This document shows, one piece after another, positions 35,301-49,452 of a stretch of 57,218 bases of DNA. Source of the stretch: Nemertoderma westbladi (taxonomy: Eukaryota > Animalia > Xenacoelomorpha); the NCBI GenBank assembly GCA_032718475.1, contig JAUCBJ010005185.1:1-57218 (forward strand), given 5' to 3'. The translations under genes were made by a program, and so were the position numbers. How positions within the stretch are numbered: the stretch's first letter is position 1; every line of letters starts with the position of its first letter. The notes beneath the pieces are model-generated. The model did not search any database and had not been told where the DNA came from. It was given only the letters and a program-made list of their open reading frames with translations.

Positions 35301-38300
35301 ATTATTTTTATCTGTCGGATCACCTGACTTATACACTGTTATTGTTTTTATCTTTCGGATCACCTGACTTATACACTGGTATTATTTTTATCTTTCGGAT
35401 CACCTGACTTATACACTGGTATTATTTTTATCTGTCGGATCACCTGACTTATACACTGGTATTATTTTTATGTCTCGGATCACCTGAGTTATACACTGGT
35501 ATTATTTTTATCTGTCGGATCACATGACTTATACACTGTTATTATTTTTATCTGTCGGATCACCTGACTTATACACTGGTATTATTTTTATCTGTCGGAT
35601 CCCCTGACTTATACACTGGTATTATTTTTATCTTTCGGATCACCTGACTTAGACACTGTTATTATTTTTATCTTTCGGATCACCTGACTTATACACTGGT
35701 ATTATTTTTATCTGTCGGATCATCTGACTTATACACTGGTATTATTTTTATCTGTCGGATCACCTGACTTATGCACTGTTATCATTTTTTTTCACCTGAG
35801 TTATGCACTGGTATTATTTTTATCTGTCGGATCACCTGACTTATACACTGGTATTATTTTTATCTGTCGGATCACCTGACTTATACACTGGTATTATTTT
35901 TATCTGTCGGATCACCTGACTTATACACTGGTATTATTTTTATGTGTCGGATCACCTGAGTTATACACTGGTATAATTTTTATCTGTCGGATCACCTGAC
36001 TTATACACTGGTATTAATTTTATCTGTCGGATCACCTGACATATACACTGTTATTATTTTTATCTGTCGGATCACCTGACTTATACACTGGTATTATTTT
36101 TATCTGTCGGATCACCTGACTTATACACTGGTATTATTTTTATCTGTCGGATCCCCTGACTTATACACTGGTATTATTTTTATCTTTCGGATCACCTGAC
36201 TTATACATTGTTATTATTTTTATCTGACGGATCACCTGACTTATACACTGTTATTATTTTTATCTGTCGGATCACCTGACTTATACACTGGTATTATTTT
36301 TATCTGTCGGATCACCTGACTTATACACTGGTATTATTTTTATCTGTCGGATCCCCTGACTTATACACTGGTATTATTTTTATCTTTCGGATCACCTGAC
36401 TTATTATACACTGGTATTATTTTTATCTGTCGGATCCCCTGACTTATACACTGTTATTATTTTTATCTTTCGGATCACCTGACTTATACACTGGTATTAT
36501 TTTTATCTTTCGGATCACCTGACTTATACACTGTTATTATTTTTATCTGTCGGATCCCCTGACTTATACACTGGTATTATTTTTATCTTTCGGATCACCC
36601 GACTTATACACTGGTATTATTTTTATCTGTCGGATCCCCTGACTTATACACTGTTATTATTTTTATCTGTCGGATCACCTGACTTATACACTGTTATTAT
36701 TTTTATCTGTCGGATCCCCTGACTTATACACTGGTATTATTTTTATCTGTCGGATCACCTGACTTATACACTGTTATTATTTTTATCTTTCGGATCACCT
36801 GACTTATACACTGGTATTATTTTTATCTGTCGGATCACCTGACTTATACACTGTTATTGTTTTTATCTTTCGGATCACCTGACTTATACACTGGTATTAT
36901 TTTTATCTTTCGGATCACCTGACTTATACACTGGTATTATTTTTATCTGTCGGATCACCTGACTTATACACTGGTATTATTTTTATGTGTCGGATCACCT
37001 GAGTTATACACTGGTATTATTTTTATCTGTCGGATCACCTGACTTATACACTGGTATTAATTTTATCTGTCGGATCACCTGACTTATACACTGTTATTAT
37101 TTTTATCTGTCGGATCACCTGACTTATACACTGGTATTATTTTTATCTGTCGGATCACCTGACTTATACACTGGTATTATTTTTATCTGTCGGATCACCT
37201 GAGTTATACACTCGTATAATTTTTATCTGTCGGATCACCTGACTTATACACTGGTATTAATTTTATCTGTCGGATCACCTGACTTATACACTGGTATTAT
37301 TTTTATCTGTCGGATCACCTGACTTATACACTGGTATTATTTTTATCTGTCGGATCACCTGAGATATGCACTGGTATTATTTTTATCTGTCGGATCACCT
37401 GACTTATACACTGGTATTATTTTTATCTGTCGGATCACCTGACTTATACACTGGTATTATTTTTATCTGTCGGATCACCTGACTTATACACTGGTATTAT
37501 TTTTATCTGTCGGATCACCTGACTTATACACTGTTATTGTTTTTATCTTTCGTATCACCTGACTTATACACTGGTATTATTTTTATCTGTCGGATCACCT
37601 GACTTATACACTGTTATTGTTTTTATCTTTCGGATCACCTTACTTATTATACACTGGTATTATTTTACCTTTCGGATCACCTGACTTATTATACACTGTT
37701 ATTATTTTTATCTTTCGGATCACCTGACTTATACACTGGTATTATTTTTATCTGTCGGATCACCTGACTTATACACTGTTATTGTTTTTATCTTTCGGAT
37801 CACCTGACTTATACACTGGTATTATTTTTATCTTTCGGATCACCTGACTTATACACTGTTATTGTTTTTATCTTTCGGATCACCTGACTTATACACAGTT
37901 ATTGTTTTTATCTTTCGGATCACCTGACTTATACACTGGTATTATTTTTATCTGTCGGATCACCTGACTTATACACTGGTATTATTTTTATCTTTCGGAT
38001 CACCTGACTTATACACTGTTATTATTTTTATCTGTCGGATCCCCTGACTTATACACTGGTATTATTTTTATCTTTCGGATCACCCGACTTATACACTGGT
38101 ATTATTTTTATCTGTCGGATCCCCTGACTTATACACTGTTATTATTTTTATCTGTCGGATCACCTGACTTATACACTGTTATTATTTTTATCTGTCGGAT
38201 CCCCTGACTTATACACTGGTATTATTTTTATCTGTCGGATCACCTGACTTATACACTGTTATTATTTTTATCTTTCGGATCACCTGACTTATACACTGGT

Positions 38301-41300
38301 ATTATTTTTATCTGTCGGATCACCTGACTTATACACTGTTATTGTTTTTATCTTTCGGATCACCTGACTTATACACTGGTATTATTTTTATCTTTCGGAT
38401 CACCTGACTTATACACTGGTATTATTTTTATCTGTCGGATCACCTGACTTATACACTGGTATTATTTTTATGTGTCGGATCACCTGAGTTATACACTGGT
38501 ATTATTTTTATCTGTCGGATCACCTGACTTATACACTGGTATTAATTTTATCTGTCGGATCACCTGACTTATACACTGTTATTATTTTTATCTGTCGGAT
38601 CACCTGACTTATACACTGGTATTATTTTTATCTGTCGGATCACCTGACTTATACACTGGTATTATTTTTATCTGTCGGATCACCTGAGTTATACACTCGT
38701 ATTATTTTTATCTGTCGGATCACCTGACTTATACACTGGTATTATTTTTATCTGTCGGATCACCTCTGAGTTATGCACTGGTATTATTTTTATTTGTCGG
38801 ATCACCTGACTTATACACTGGTATTATTTTTATCTGTCGGATCACCTGACTTATACACTGTTATTGTTTTTATCTTTCGTATCACCTGACTTATACACTG
38901 GTATTATTTTTATCTGTCGGATCACCTGACTTATACACTGTTATTGTTTTTATCTTTCGGATCACCTTACTTATTATACACTGGTATTATTTTACCTTTC
39001 GGATCACCTGACTTATTATACACTGTTATTATTTTTATCTTTCGGATCACCTGACTTATACACTGGTATTATTTTTATCTGTCGGATCACCTGACTTATA
39101 CACTGTTATTGTTTTTATCTTTCGGATCACCTGACTTATACACTGGTATTATTTTTATCTTTCGGATCACCTGACTTATACACTGTTATTATTTTTATCT
39201 GTCGGATCACCTGACTTATACACTGGTATTATTTTTATCTGTCGGATCCCCTGACTTATACACTGTTATTATTTTTATCTGTCGGATCACATGACTTATA
39301 CACTGTTATTATTTTTATCTGTCGGATCACCTGACTTATACACTGGTATTATTTTTATCTGTCGGATCCCCTGACTTATACACTGGTATTATTTTTATCT
39401 GTCGGATCACCTGACTTATACACTGTTATTATTTTTATCTTTCGGATCACCTGACTTATACACTGGTATTATTTTTATCTGTCGGATCACCTGACTTATA
39501 CACTGTTATTGTTTTTATCTTTCGGATCACCTGACTTATACACTGGTATTATTTTTATCTTTCGGATCACCTGACTTATACACTGGTATTATTTTTATCT
39601 GTCGGATCACCTGACTTATACACTGGTATTATTTTTATGTCTCGGATCACCTGAGTTATACACTGGTATTATTTTTATCTGTCGGATCACATGACTTATA
39701 CACTGTTATTATTTTTATCTGTCGGATCACCTGACTTATACACTGGTATTATTTTTATCTGTCGGATCCCCTGACTTATACACTGGTATTATTTTTATCT
39801 TTCGGATCACCTGACTTAGACACTGTTATTATTTTTATCTTTCGGATCACCTGACTTATACACTGGTATTATTTTTATCTGTCGGATCATCTGACTTATA
39901 CACTGGTATTATTTTTATCTGTCGGATCACCTGACTTATGCACTGTTATCATTTTTTTTCACCTGAGTTATGCACTGGTATTATTTTTATCTGTCGGATC
40001 ACCTGACTTATACACTGGTATTATTTTTATCTGTCGGATCACCTGACTTATACACTGGTATTATTTTTATCTGTCGGATCACCTGACTTATACACTGGTA
40101 TTATTTTTATGTGTCGGATCACCTGAGTTATACACTGGTATAATTTTTATCTGTCGGATCACCTGACTTATACACTGGTATTAATTTTATCTGTCGGATC
40201 ACCTGACATATACACTGTTATTATTTTTATCTGTCGGATCACCTGACTTATACACTGGTATTATTTTTATCTGTCGGATCACCTGACTTATACACTGGTA
40301 TTATTTTTATCTGTCGGATCCCCTGACTTATACACTGGTATTATTTTTATCTTTCGGATCACCTGACTTATACATTGTTATTATTTTTATCTGACGGATC
40401 ACCTGACTTATACACTGTTATTATTTTTATCTGTCGGATCACCTGACTTATACACTGGTATTATTTTTATCTGTCGGATCACCTGACTTATACACTGGTA
40501 TTATTTTTATCTGTCGGATCCCCTGACTTATACACTGGTATTATTTTTATCTTTCGGATCACCTGACTTATTATACACTGGTATTATTTTTATCTGTCGG
40601 ATCCCCTGACTTATACACTGTTATTATTTTTATCTTTCGGATCACCTGACTTATACACTGGTATTATTTTTATCTTTCGGATCACCTGACTTATACACTG
40701 TTATTATTTTTATCTGTCGGATCCCCTGACTTATACACTGGTATTATTTTTATCTTTCGGATCACCCGACTTATACACTGGTATTATTTTTATCTGTCGG
40801 ATCCCCTGACTTATACACTGTTATTATTTTTATCTGTCGGATCACCTGACTTATACACTGTTATTATTTTTATCTGTCGGATCCCCTGACTTATACACTG
40901 GTATTATTTTTATCTGTCGGATCACCTGACTTATACACTGTTATTATTTTTATCTTTCGGATCACCTGACTTATACACTGGTATTATTTTTATCTGTCGG
41001 ATCACCTGACTTATACACTGTTATTGTTTTTATCTTTCGGATCACCTGACTTATACACTGGTATTATTTTTATCTTTCGGATCACCTGACTTATACACTG
41101 GTATTATTTTTATCTGTCGGATCACCTGACTTATACACTGGTATTATTTTTATGTGTCGGATCACCTGAGTTATACACTGGTATTATTTTTATCTGTCGG
41201 ATCACCTGACTTATACACTGGTATTAATTTTATCTGTCGGATCACCTGACTTATACACTGTTATTATTTTTATCTGTCGGATCACCTGACTTATACACTG

Positions 41301-44300
41301 GTATTATTTTTATCTGTCGGATCACCTGACTTATACACTGGTATTATTTTTATCTGTCGGATCACCTGAGTTATACACTCGTATAATTTTTATCTGTCGG
41401 ATCACCTGACTTATACACTGGTATTAATTTTATCTGTCGGATCACCTGACTTATACACTGGTATTATTTTTATCTGTCGGATCACCTGACTTATACACTG
41501 GTATTATTTTTATCTGTCGGATCACCTGAGATATGCACTGGTATTATTTTTATCTGTCGGATCACCTGACTTATACACTGGTATTATTTTTATCTGTCGG
41601 ATCACCTGACTTATACACTGGTATTATTTTTATCTGTCGGATCACCTGACTTATACACTGGTATTATTTTTATCTGTCGGATCACCTGACTTATACACTG
41701 TTATTGTTTTTATCTTTCGTATCACCTGACTTATACACTGGTATTATTTTTATCTGTCGGATCACCTGACTTATACACTGTTATTGTTTTTATCTTTCGG
41801 ATCACCTTACTTATTATACACTGGTATTATTTTACCTTTCGGATCACCTGACTTATTATACACTGTTATTATTTTTATCTTTCGGATCACCTGACTTATA
41901 CACTGGTATTATTTTTATCTGTCGGATCACCTGACTTATACACTGTTATTGTTTTTATCTTTCGGATCACCTGACTTATACACTGGTATTATTTTTATCT
42001 TTCGGATCACCTGACTTATACACTGTTATTGTTTTTATCTTTCGGATCACCTGACTTATACACAGTTATTGTTTTTATCTTTCGGATCACCTGACTTATA
42101 CACTGGTATTATTTTTATCTGTCGGATCACCTGACTTATACACTGGTATTATTTTTATCTTTCGGATCACCTGACTTATACACTGTTATTATTTTTATCT
42201 GTCGGATCCCCTGACTTATACACTGGTATTATTTTTATCTTTCGGATCACCCGACTTATACACTGGTATTATTTTTATCTGTCGGATCCCCTGACTTATA
42301 CACTGTTATTATTTTTATCTGTCGGATCACCTGACTTATACACTGTTATTATTTTTATCTGTCGGATCCCCTGACTTATACACTGGTATTATTTTTATCT
42401 GTCGGATCACCTGACTTATACACTGTTATTATTTTTATCTTTCGGATCACCTGACTTATACACTGGTATTATTTTTATCTGTCGGATCACCTGACTTATA
42501 CACTGTTATTGTTTTTATCTTTCGGATCACCTGACTTATACACTGGTATTATTTTTATCTTTCGGATCACCTGACTTATACACTGGTATTATTTTTATCT
42601 GTCGGATCACCTGACTTATACACTGGTATTATTTTTATGTGTCGGATCACCTGAGTTATACACTGGTATTATTTTTATCTGTCGGATCACCTGACTTATA
42701 CACTGGTATTAATTTTATCTGTCGGATCACCTGACTTATACACTGTTATTATTTTTATCTGTCGGATCACCTGACTTATACACTGGTATTATTTTTATCT
42801 GTCGGATCACCTGACTTATACACTGGTATTATTTTTATCTGTCGGATCACCTGAGTTATACACTCGTATAATTTTTATCTGTCGGATCACCTGACTTATA
42901 CACTGGTATTAATTTTATCTGTCGGATCACCTGACTTATACACTGGTATTATTTTTATCTGTCGGATCACCTGACTTATACACTGGTATTATTTTTATCT
43001 GTCGGATCACCTGAGATATGCACTGGTATTATTTTTATCTGTCGGATCACCTGACTTATACACTGGTATTATTTTTATCTGTCGGATCACCTGACTTATA
43101 CACTGGTATTATTTTTATCTGTCGGATCACCTGACTTATACACTGGTATTATTTTTATCTGTCGGATCACCTGACTTATACACTGTTATTGTTTTTATCT
43201 TTCGTATCACCTGACTTATACACTGGTATTATTTTTATCTGTCGGATCACCTGACTTATACACTGTTATTGTTTTTATCTTTCGGATCACCTTACTTATT
43301 ATACACTGGTATTATTTTACCTTTCGGATCACCTGACTTATTATACACTGTTATTATTTTTATCTTTCGGATCACCTGACTTATACACTGGTATTATTTT
43401 TATCTGTCGGATCACCTGACTTATACACTGTTATTGTTTTTATCTTTCGGATCACCTGACTTATACACTGGTATTATTTTTATCTTTCGGATCACCTGAC
43501 TTATACACTGTTATTGTTTTTATCTTTCGGATCACCTGACTTATACACAGTTATTGTTTTTATCTGTCGGATCCCCTGACTTATACACTGTTATTATTTT
43601 TATCTGTCGGATCACCTGACTTATACACTGTTATTATTTTTATCTGTCGGATCCCCTGACTTATACACTGGTATTATTTTTATCTGTCGGATCACCTGAC
43701 TTATACACTGTTATTATTTTTATCTTTCGGATCACCTGACTTATACACTGGTATTATTTTTATCTGTCGGATCACCTGACTTATACACTGTTATTGTTTT
43801 TATCTTTCGGATCACCTGACTTATACACTGGTATTATTTTTATCTTTCGGATCACCTGACTTATACACTGGTATTATTTTTATCTGTCGGATCACCTGAC
43901 TTATACACTGGTATTATTTTTATGTGTCGGATCACCTGAGTTATACACTGGTATTATTTTTATCTGTCGGATCACCTGACTTATACACTGGTATTAATTT
44001 TATCTGTCGGATCACCTGACTTATACACTGTTATTATTTTTATCTGTCGGATCACCTGACTTATACACTGGTATTATTTTTATCTGTCGGATCACCTGAC
44101 TTATACACTGGTATTATTTTTATCTGTCGGATCACCTGAGTTATACACTCGTATAATTTTTATCTGTCGGATCACCTGACTTATACACTGGTATTAATTT
44201 TATCTGTCGGATCACCTGACTTATACACTGGTATTATTTTTATCTGTCGGATCACCTGACTTATACACTGGTATTATTTTTATCTGTCGGATCACCTGAG

Positions 44301-47300
44301 ATATGCACTGGTATTATTTTTATCTGTCGGATCACCTGACTTATACACTGGTATTATTTTTATCTGTCGGATCACCTGACTTATACACTGGTATTATTTT
44401 TATCTGTCGGATCACCTGACTTATACACTGGTATTATTTTTATCTGTCGGATCACCTGACTTATACACTGTTATTGTTTTTATCTTTCGTATCACCTGAC
44501 TTATACACTGGTATTATTTTTATCTGTCGGATCACCTGACTTATACACTGTTATTGTTTTTATCTTTCGGATCACCTTACTTATTATACACTGGTATTAT
44601 TTTACCTTTCGGATCACCTGACTTATTATACACTGTTATTATTTTTATCTTTCGGATCACCTGACTTATACACTGGTATTATTTTTATCTGTCGGATCAC
44701 CTGACTTATACACTGTTATTGTTTTTATCTTTCGGATCACCTGACTTATACACTGGTATTATTTTTATCTTTCGGATCACCTGACTTATACACTGTTATT
44801 GTTTTTATCTTTCGGATCACCTGACTTATACACAGTTATTGTTTTTATCTTTCGGATCACCTGACTTATACACTGGTATTATTTTTATCTGTCGGATCAC
44901 CTGACTTATACACTGTTATTGTTTTTATCTTTCGGATCACCTTACTTATTATACACTGGTATTATTTTACCTTTCGGATCACCTGACTTATTATACACTG
45001 TTATTATTTTTATCTTTCGGATCACCTGACTTATACACTGGTATTATTTTTATCTGTCGGATCACCTGACTTATACACTGGTATTATTTTTATCTGTCGG
45101 ATCACCTGACTTATACACTGGTATTATTTTTATCTGTCGGATCACCTGACTTATACACTGTTATTATTTTTATCTGTCGGATCACCTGACTTATTATACA
45201 CTGGTATTATTTTATCTTTCGGATCACCTGACTTATTATACACTGGTATTATTTTATCTTTCGGATCACCTGACTTATTATACACTGGTATTATTTTATC
45301 TTTCGGATCACCTGACTTATATATACACTGTTATTGTTTTTATCTTTCGGATCACCTGACTTATACACTGGTATTATTTTTATCTTTCGGATCACCTGAC
45401 TTATACACTGTTATTGTTTTTATCTTTCGGATCACCTGACTTATACACTGGTATTATTTTTATCTGTCGGATCACCTGACTTATACACTGGTATTATTTT
45501 TATCTGTCGGATTACCTGACTTATACACTGTTATTATTTTTATCTTTCGGATCACCTGACTTATACACTGGTATTATTTTTATCTGTCGGATCACGTGAC
45601 TTATACACTGGTATTATTTTTATCTGTCGGATCACCTGAGTTATACACTCGTATAATTTTTATCTGTCGGATCACCTGACTTATACACTGGTATTATTTT
45701 TATCTGTCGGATCACCTGACTTATACACTGGTATTATTTTTATCTGTCGGATCACCTGAGTTATGCACTGGTATTATTTTTATCTGTCGGATCACCTGAC
45801 TTATACACTGGTATTATTTTTATCTGTCGGATCACCTGACTTATACACTGGTATTATTTTTATCTGTCGGATCACCTGACTTATACACTGGTATTATTTT
45901 TATGTGTCGGATCACCTGAGTTATACACTGGTATTATTTTTATCTGTCGGATCACCTGACTTATACACTGGTATTAATTTTATCTGTCGGATCACCTGAC
46001 TTATACACTGTTATTATTTTTATCTGTCGGATCACCTGACTTATACACTGGTATTATTTTTATCTGTCGGATCACCTGACTTATACACTGGTATTATTTT
46101 TATCTGTCGGATCCCCTGACTTATACACTGGTATTATTTTTATCTTTCGGATCACCTGACTTATACACTGTTATTATTTTTTATCTGTCGGATCACCTGA
46201 CTTATACACTGTTATTATTTTTATCTGTCGGATCACCTGACTTATACACTGGTATTATTTTTATCTGTCGGATCACCTGACTTATACACTGGTATTATTT
46301 TTATCTGTCGGATCCCCTGACTTATACACTGGTATTATTTTTATCTTTCGGATCACCTGACTTATACACTGTTATTATTTTTATCTGTCGGATCCCCTGA
46401 CTTATACACTGGTATTATTTTTATCTGTCGGATCACCTGAGTTATGCACTGGTATTATTTTTATCTGTCGGATCACCTGACTTATACACTGGTATTATTT
46501 TTATCTGTCGGATCACCTGACTTATACACTGGTATTATTTTTATCTGTCGGATCACCTGACTTATACACTGGTATTATTTTTATGTGTCGGATCACCTGA
46601 GTTATACACTGGTATTATTTTTATCTGTCGGATCACCTGACTTATACACTGGTATTAATTTTATCTGTCGGATCACCTGACTTATACACTGTTATTATTT
46701 TTATCTGTCGGATCACCTGACTTATACACTGGTATTATTTTTATCTGTCGGATCACCTGACTTATACACTGGTATTATTTTTATCTGTCGGATCCCCTGA
46801 CTTATACACTGGTATTATTTTTATCTTTCGGATCACCTGACTTATACACTGTTATTATTTTTTATCTGTCGGATCACCTGACTTATACACTGTTATTATT
46901 TTTATCTGTCGGATCACCTGACTTATACACTGGTATTATTTTTATCTGTCGGATCACCTGACTTATACACTGGTATTATTTTTATCTGTCGGATCCCCTG
47001 ACTTATACACTGGTATTAATTTTATCTTTCGGATCACCTGACTTATACACTGTTATTATTTTTATCTGTCGGATCCCCTGACTTATACACTGGTATTATT
47101 TTTATCTTTCGGATCACCCGACTTATACACTGGTATTATTTTTATCTGTCGGATCCCCTGACTTATACACTGTTATTATTTTTATCTGTCGGATCACCTG
47201 ACTTATACACTGTTATTATTTTTATCTGTCGGATCCCCTGACTTATACACTGGTATTATTTTTATCTTTCGGATCACCCGACTTATACACTGGTATTATT

Positions 47301-47741
47301 TTTATCTGTCGGATCCCCTGACTTATACACTGTTATTATTTTTATCTGTCGGATCACCTGACTTATACACTGTTATTATTTTTATCTGTCGGATAACCTG
47401 ACTTATACACTGGTATTATTTTTATCTGTCGGATCACCTGACTTATACACTGGTATTATTTTTATCTGTCGGATCACCTGACTTATACACTGGTATTATT
47501 TTTATCTGTCGGATCACCTGACTTATACACTGGTATTATTTTTATCTGTCGGATCACCTGACTTATACACTGGTATTATTTTTATCTGTCGGATCACCTA
47601 ACTTATACACTGTTATTATTTTTATCTGTCGGATCCCCTGACTTATACACTGGTATTATTTTTATCTTTCGGATCACCTGACTTATACACTGGTATTATT
47701 TTTATCTGTCGGATCACCTGACTTATGCACTGGTATTATTT
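17367..47741. repeat. ~30.4-kb tandem satellite with a 40-bp unit (39/42/43-bp variants), roughly 750 copies
   Basis: Consensus ATCTGTCGGATCACCTGACTTATACACTGGTATTATTTTT, uninterrupted head-to-tail. Copy number is estimated as length divided by unit size. Confidence 0.99.
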
Positions 47742-48699
47742 AGGTATTATTTTTGCATTTTTGATAATTTTTTTTTATCATTTATTTTTGATTGTATTTT
47801 TGCATATCCGGATATAATCCATTTGCTATTGATAATTTAATTAAGTACGTGAGATGTGGAGCTATTATGTGTGCTGCTAATTTAACCAGAAAAACAGGAA
47901 ATTCGTCGTAAGTAGAAACATTATTTATTATTTATGTCGAGTAAAAAATACAAAATTTCGATTTCGCAAAATTCAATAAGAGAAAATGAGCTTTGTTTAC
48001 TATTTTTTACAAAACGAGTTCGTTGTCTATTCGATTTTGGAATTTTATCGGCAAGTTGAAGACCTATTGAAGCGAAGTGATTGTCAAAGATATCCGCAAT
48101 TAAAACATTGTCACTAGTAGTTGTACCGGGTGGATCAGACTTGATTTTACTTGATAAATTTTTCGATCTTCAGTATGTAAGGCTACATTAATGGTTTTCC
48201 ATGTTATTTTTAATTATTTCTATTTGTATTAAATTATTTTTCTTAAAAATATTTTTCTGCTGCACGAAGTGTTTTTATAATTTATTTCTATAGCTTGTAC
48301 AGTATATTCTGATAGCTTTAGATCTGATGGATTTCTCATTAACGCTGCGTATAAATTATTTTTTTTAATGACACATTTTACAAGATTTGGGGTCATCCAC
48401 GGTTTCTTTGGGATAACTTGTATTTCTATTTTTGGAAGATGTATAGAGCAGATTGCATCGAAGTTTTTATAAAAAGTTGAAAATTTATCTTCTTTTGTAA
48501 TTTGAATAATTATTATAAGTCCAGTTATTTATATTTTTTAAGTCTAACAAGAACCTTCACCTCTCTTAATCACTATATCGCGCTATATCTCACTCTATAG
48601 CCAACATTATATCCTCGATAATTACTCATCTAATACCATCTTATATTGGTGTTGATATTATCACTCACAAAATGTTTGGAAAATATGTATCGGATAGAA

Positions 48700-49280
48700 A
48701 CAAAGGATGTATCAAAAGTTGTATCAACACGGAATAGTGAACCTGAAATGATCGGTGAACAGCATGGATTGTTCAGCTTGGTTTAAATACTATGTAATAT
48801 TGTGGAGCTGCTTCAAGTAATGAGTTTGGTTGCTGATAGATAGGAGAGCAATAGTACTGGAATCCCTGATCAGGCTATCTGACACAGAAACGGCCGATTT
48901 TATTGCGATTAATGAATCACGTGTCTTTGACATAACTTTGTGGTCTGTTTTGTAATTTATCAGGGGATGATGCAATTCCATGCCTCATCGGAATTAGACA
49001 CTGACGTTCCAATATTAACACTTGACAACCATGGACTCGACGGTAGGGACAACATTCTTAAATTTTTTAGTCTTGTTGTTCCTATATGATCTTTATAGTA
49101 CAAACATCGGTTTATATTTATATACTTTCTAAAATAACATGCGCCCCTCCGCCTTCAAAACGACATTGATGACCAGACGTCCTATCATTAATGTAATGTG
49201 AATCCTATTGTTGGTCTTCATGACAACGCTGAATATTATCAATAATATTTGTTCCATATCATTTGGATTTGAGTGCTACT
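48700..49280 (-). mobile_element. Possible old LINE 3' fragment
   Basis: Weak, broken minus-strand motifs (RPTIG, ILESI, TRLKNLRMLSL) resemble CR1-type ORF2 C-termini. Confidence 0.25.
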
Positions 49281-49295
49281 TATTTCCACTGTTAT

Positions 49296-49452
49296 TCTCC
49301 CCAGAGCTAGGAAACTCCAGTACTCATTTAGCTACGACTTAAGGATGCAAGGCAGAGATGTGCCGAAACGAAAACTGCTCTGGACCATGCAGGGATTGAA
49401 TCCACGACCTCAGATAGATGTGAATTAAATGCAACCACTACACCAAGGCGGG
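49296..49452 (-). mobile_element. Second, truncated and diverged copy of the SINE at 16751-17030
   Basis: Shares AGTACTCATTTAGCTAC.ACTTAAGGATGCAAGGCAGAGATG and GATGTGAATT.AATGCAACCACTACACCAAGG. Confidence 0.8.

Larger units (their letters stand above)
16040..48530 (-). mobile_element. 5'-truncated, decayed CR1/L2-group non-LTR retrotransposon (ORF2 RT), split by a satellite and a SINE
   Basis: Collinear minus-strand motifs: KKPWMT (~48400), HFASIG, LVKLAAHIIAPHLTYLI..SIANGLYPD, AKIIP-[array]-YKSGDPTFKNNYRPISILPIFNKIYE, QHGFRK, DLKKAFDTLDH, CGTPQG, LFADD (~16680), KFLGI, SAPIYKSLNIL. Confidence 0.9.

Noticed and set aside
17367-47741. CRISPR array
   Set aside because: Units are head-to-tail with no unique spacers, there are no cas genes, the context is eukaryotic, and the unit derives from LINE RT.
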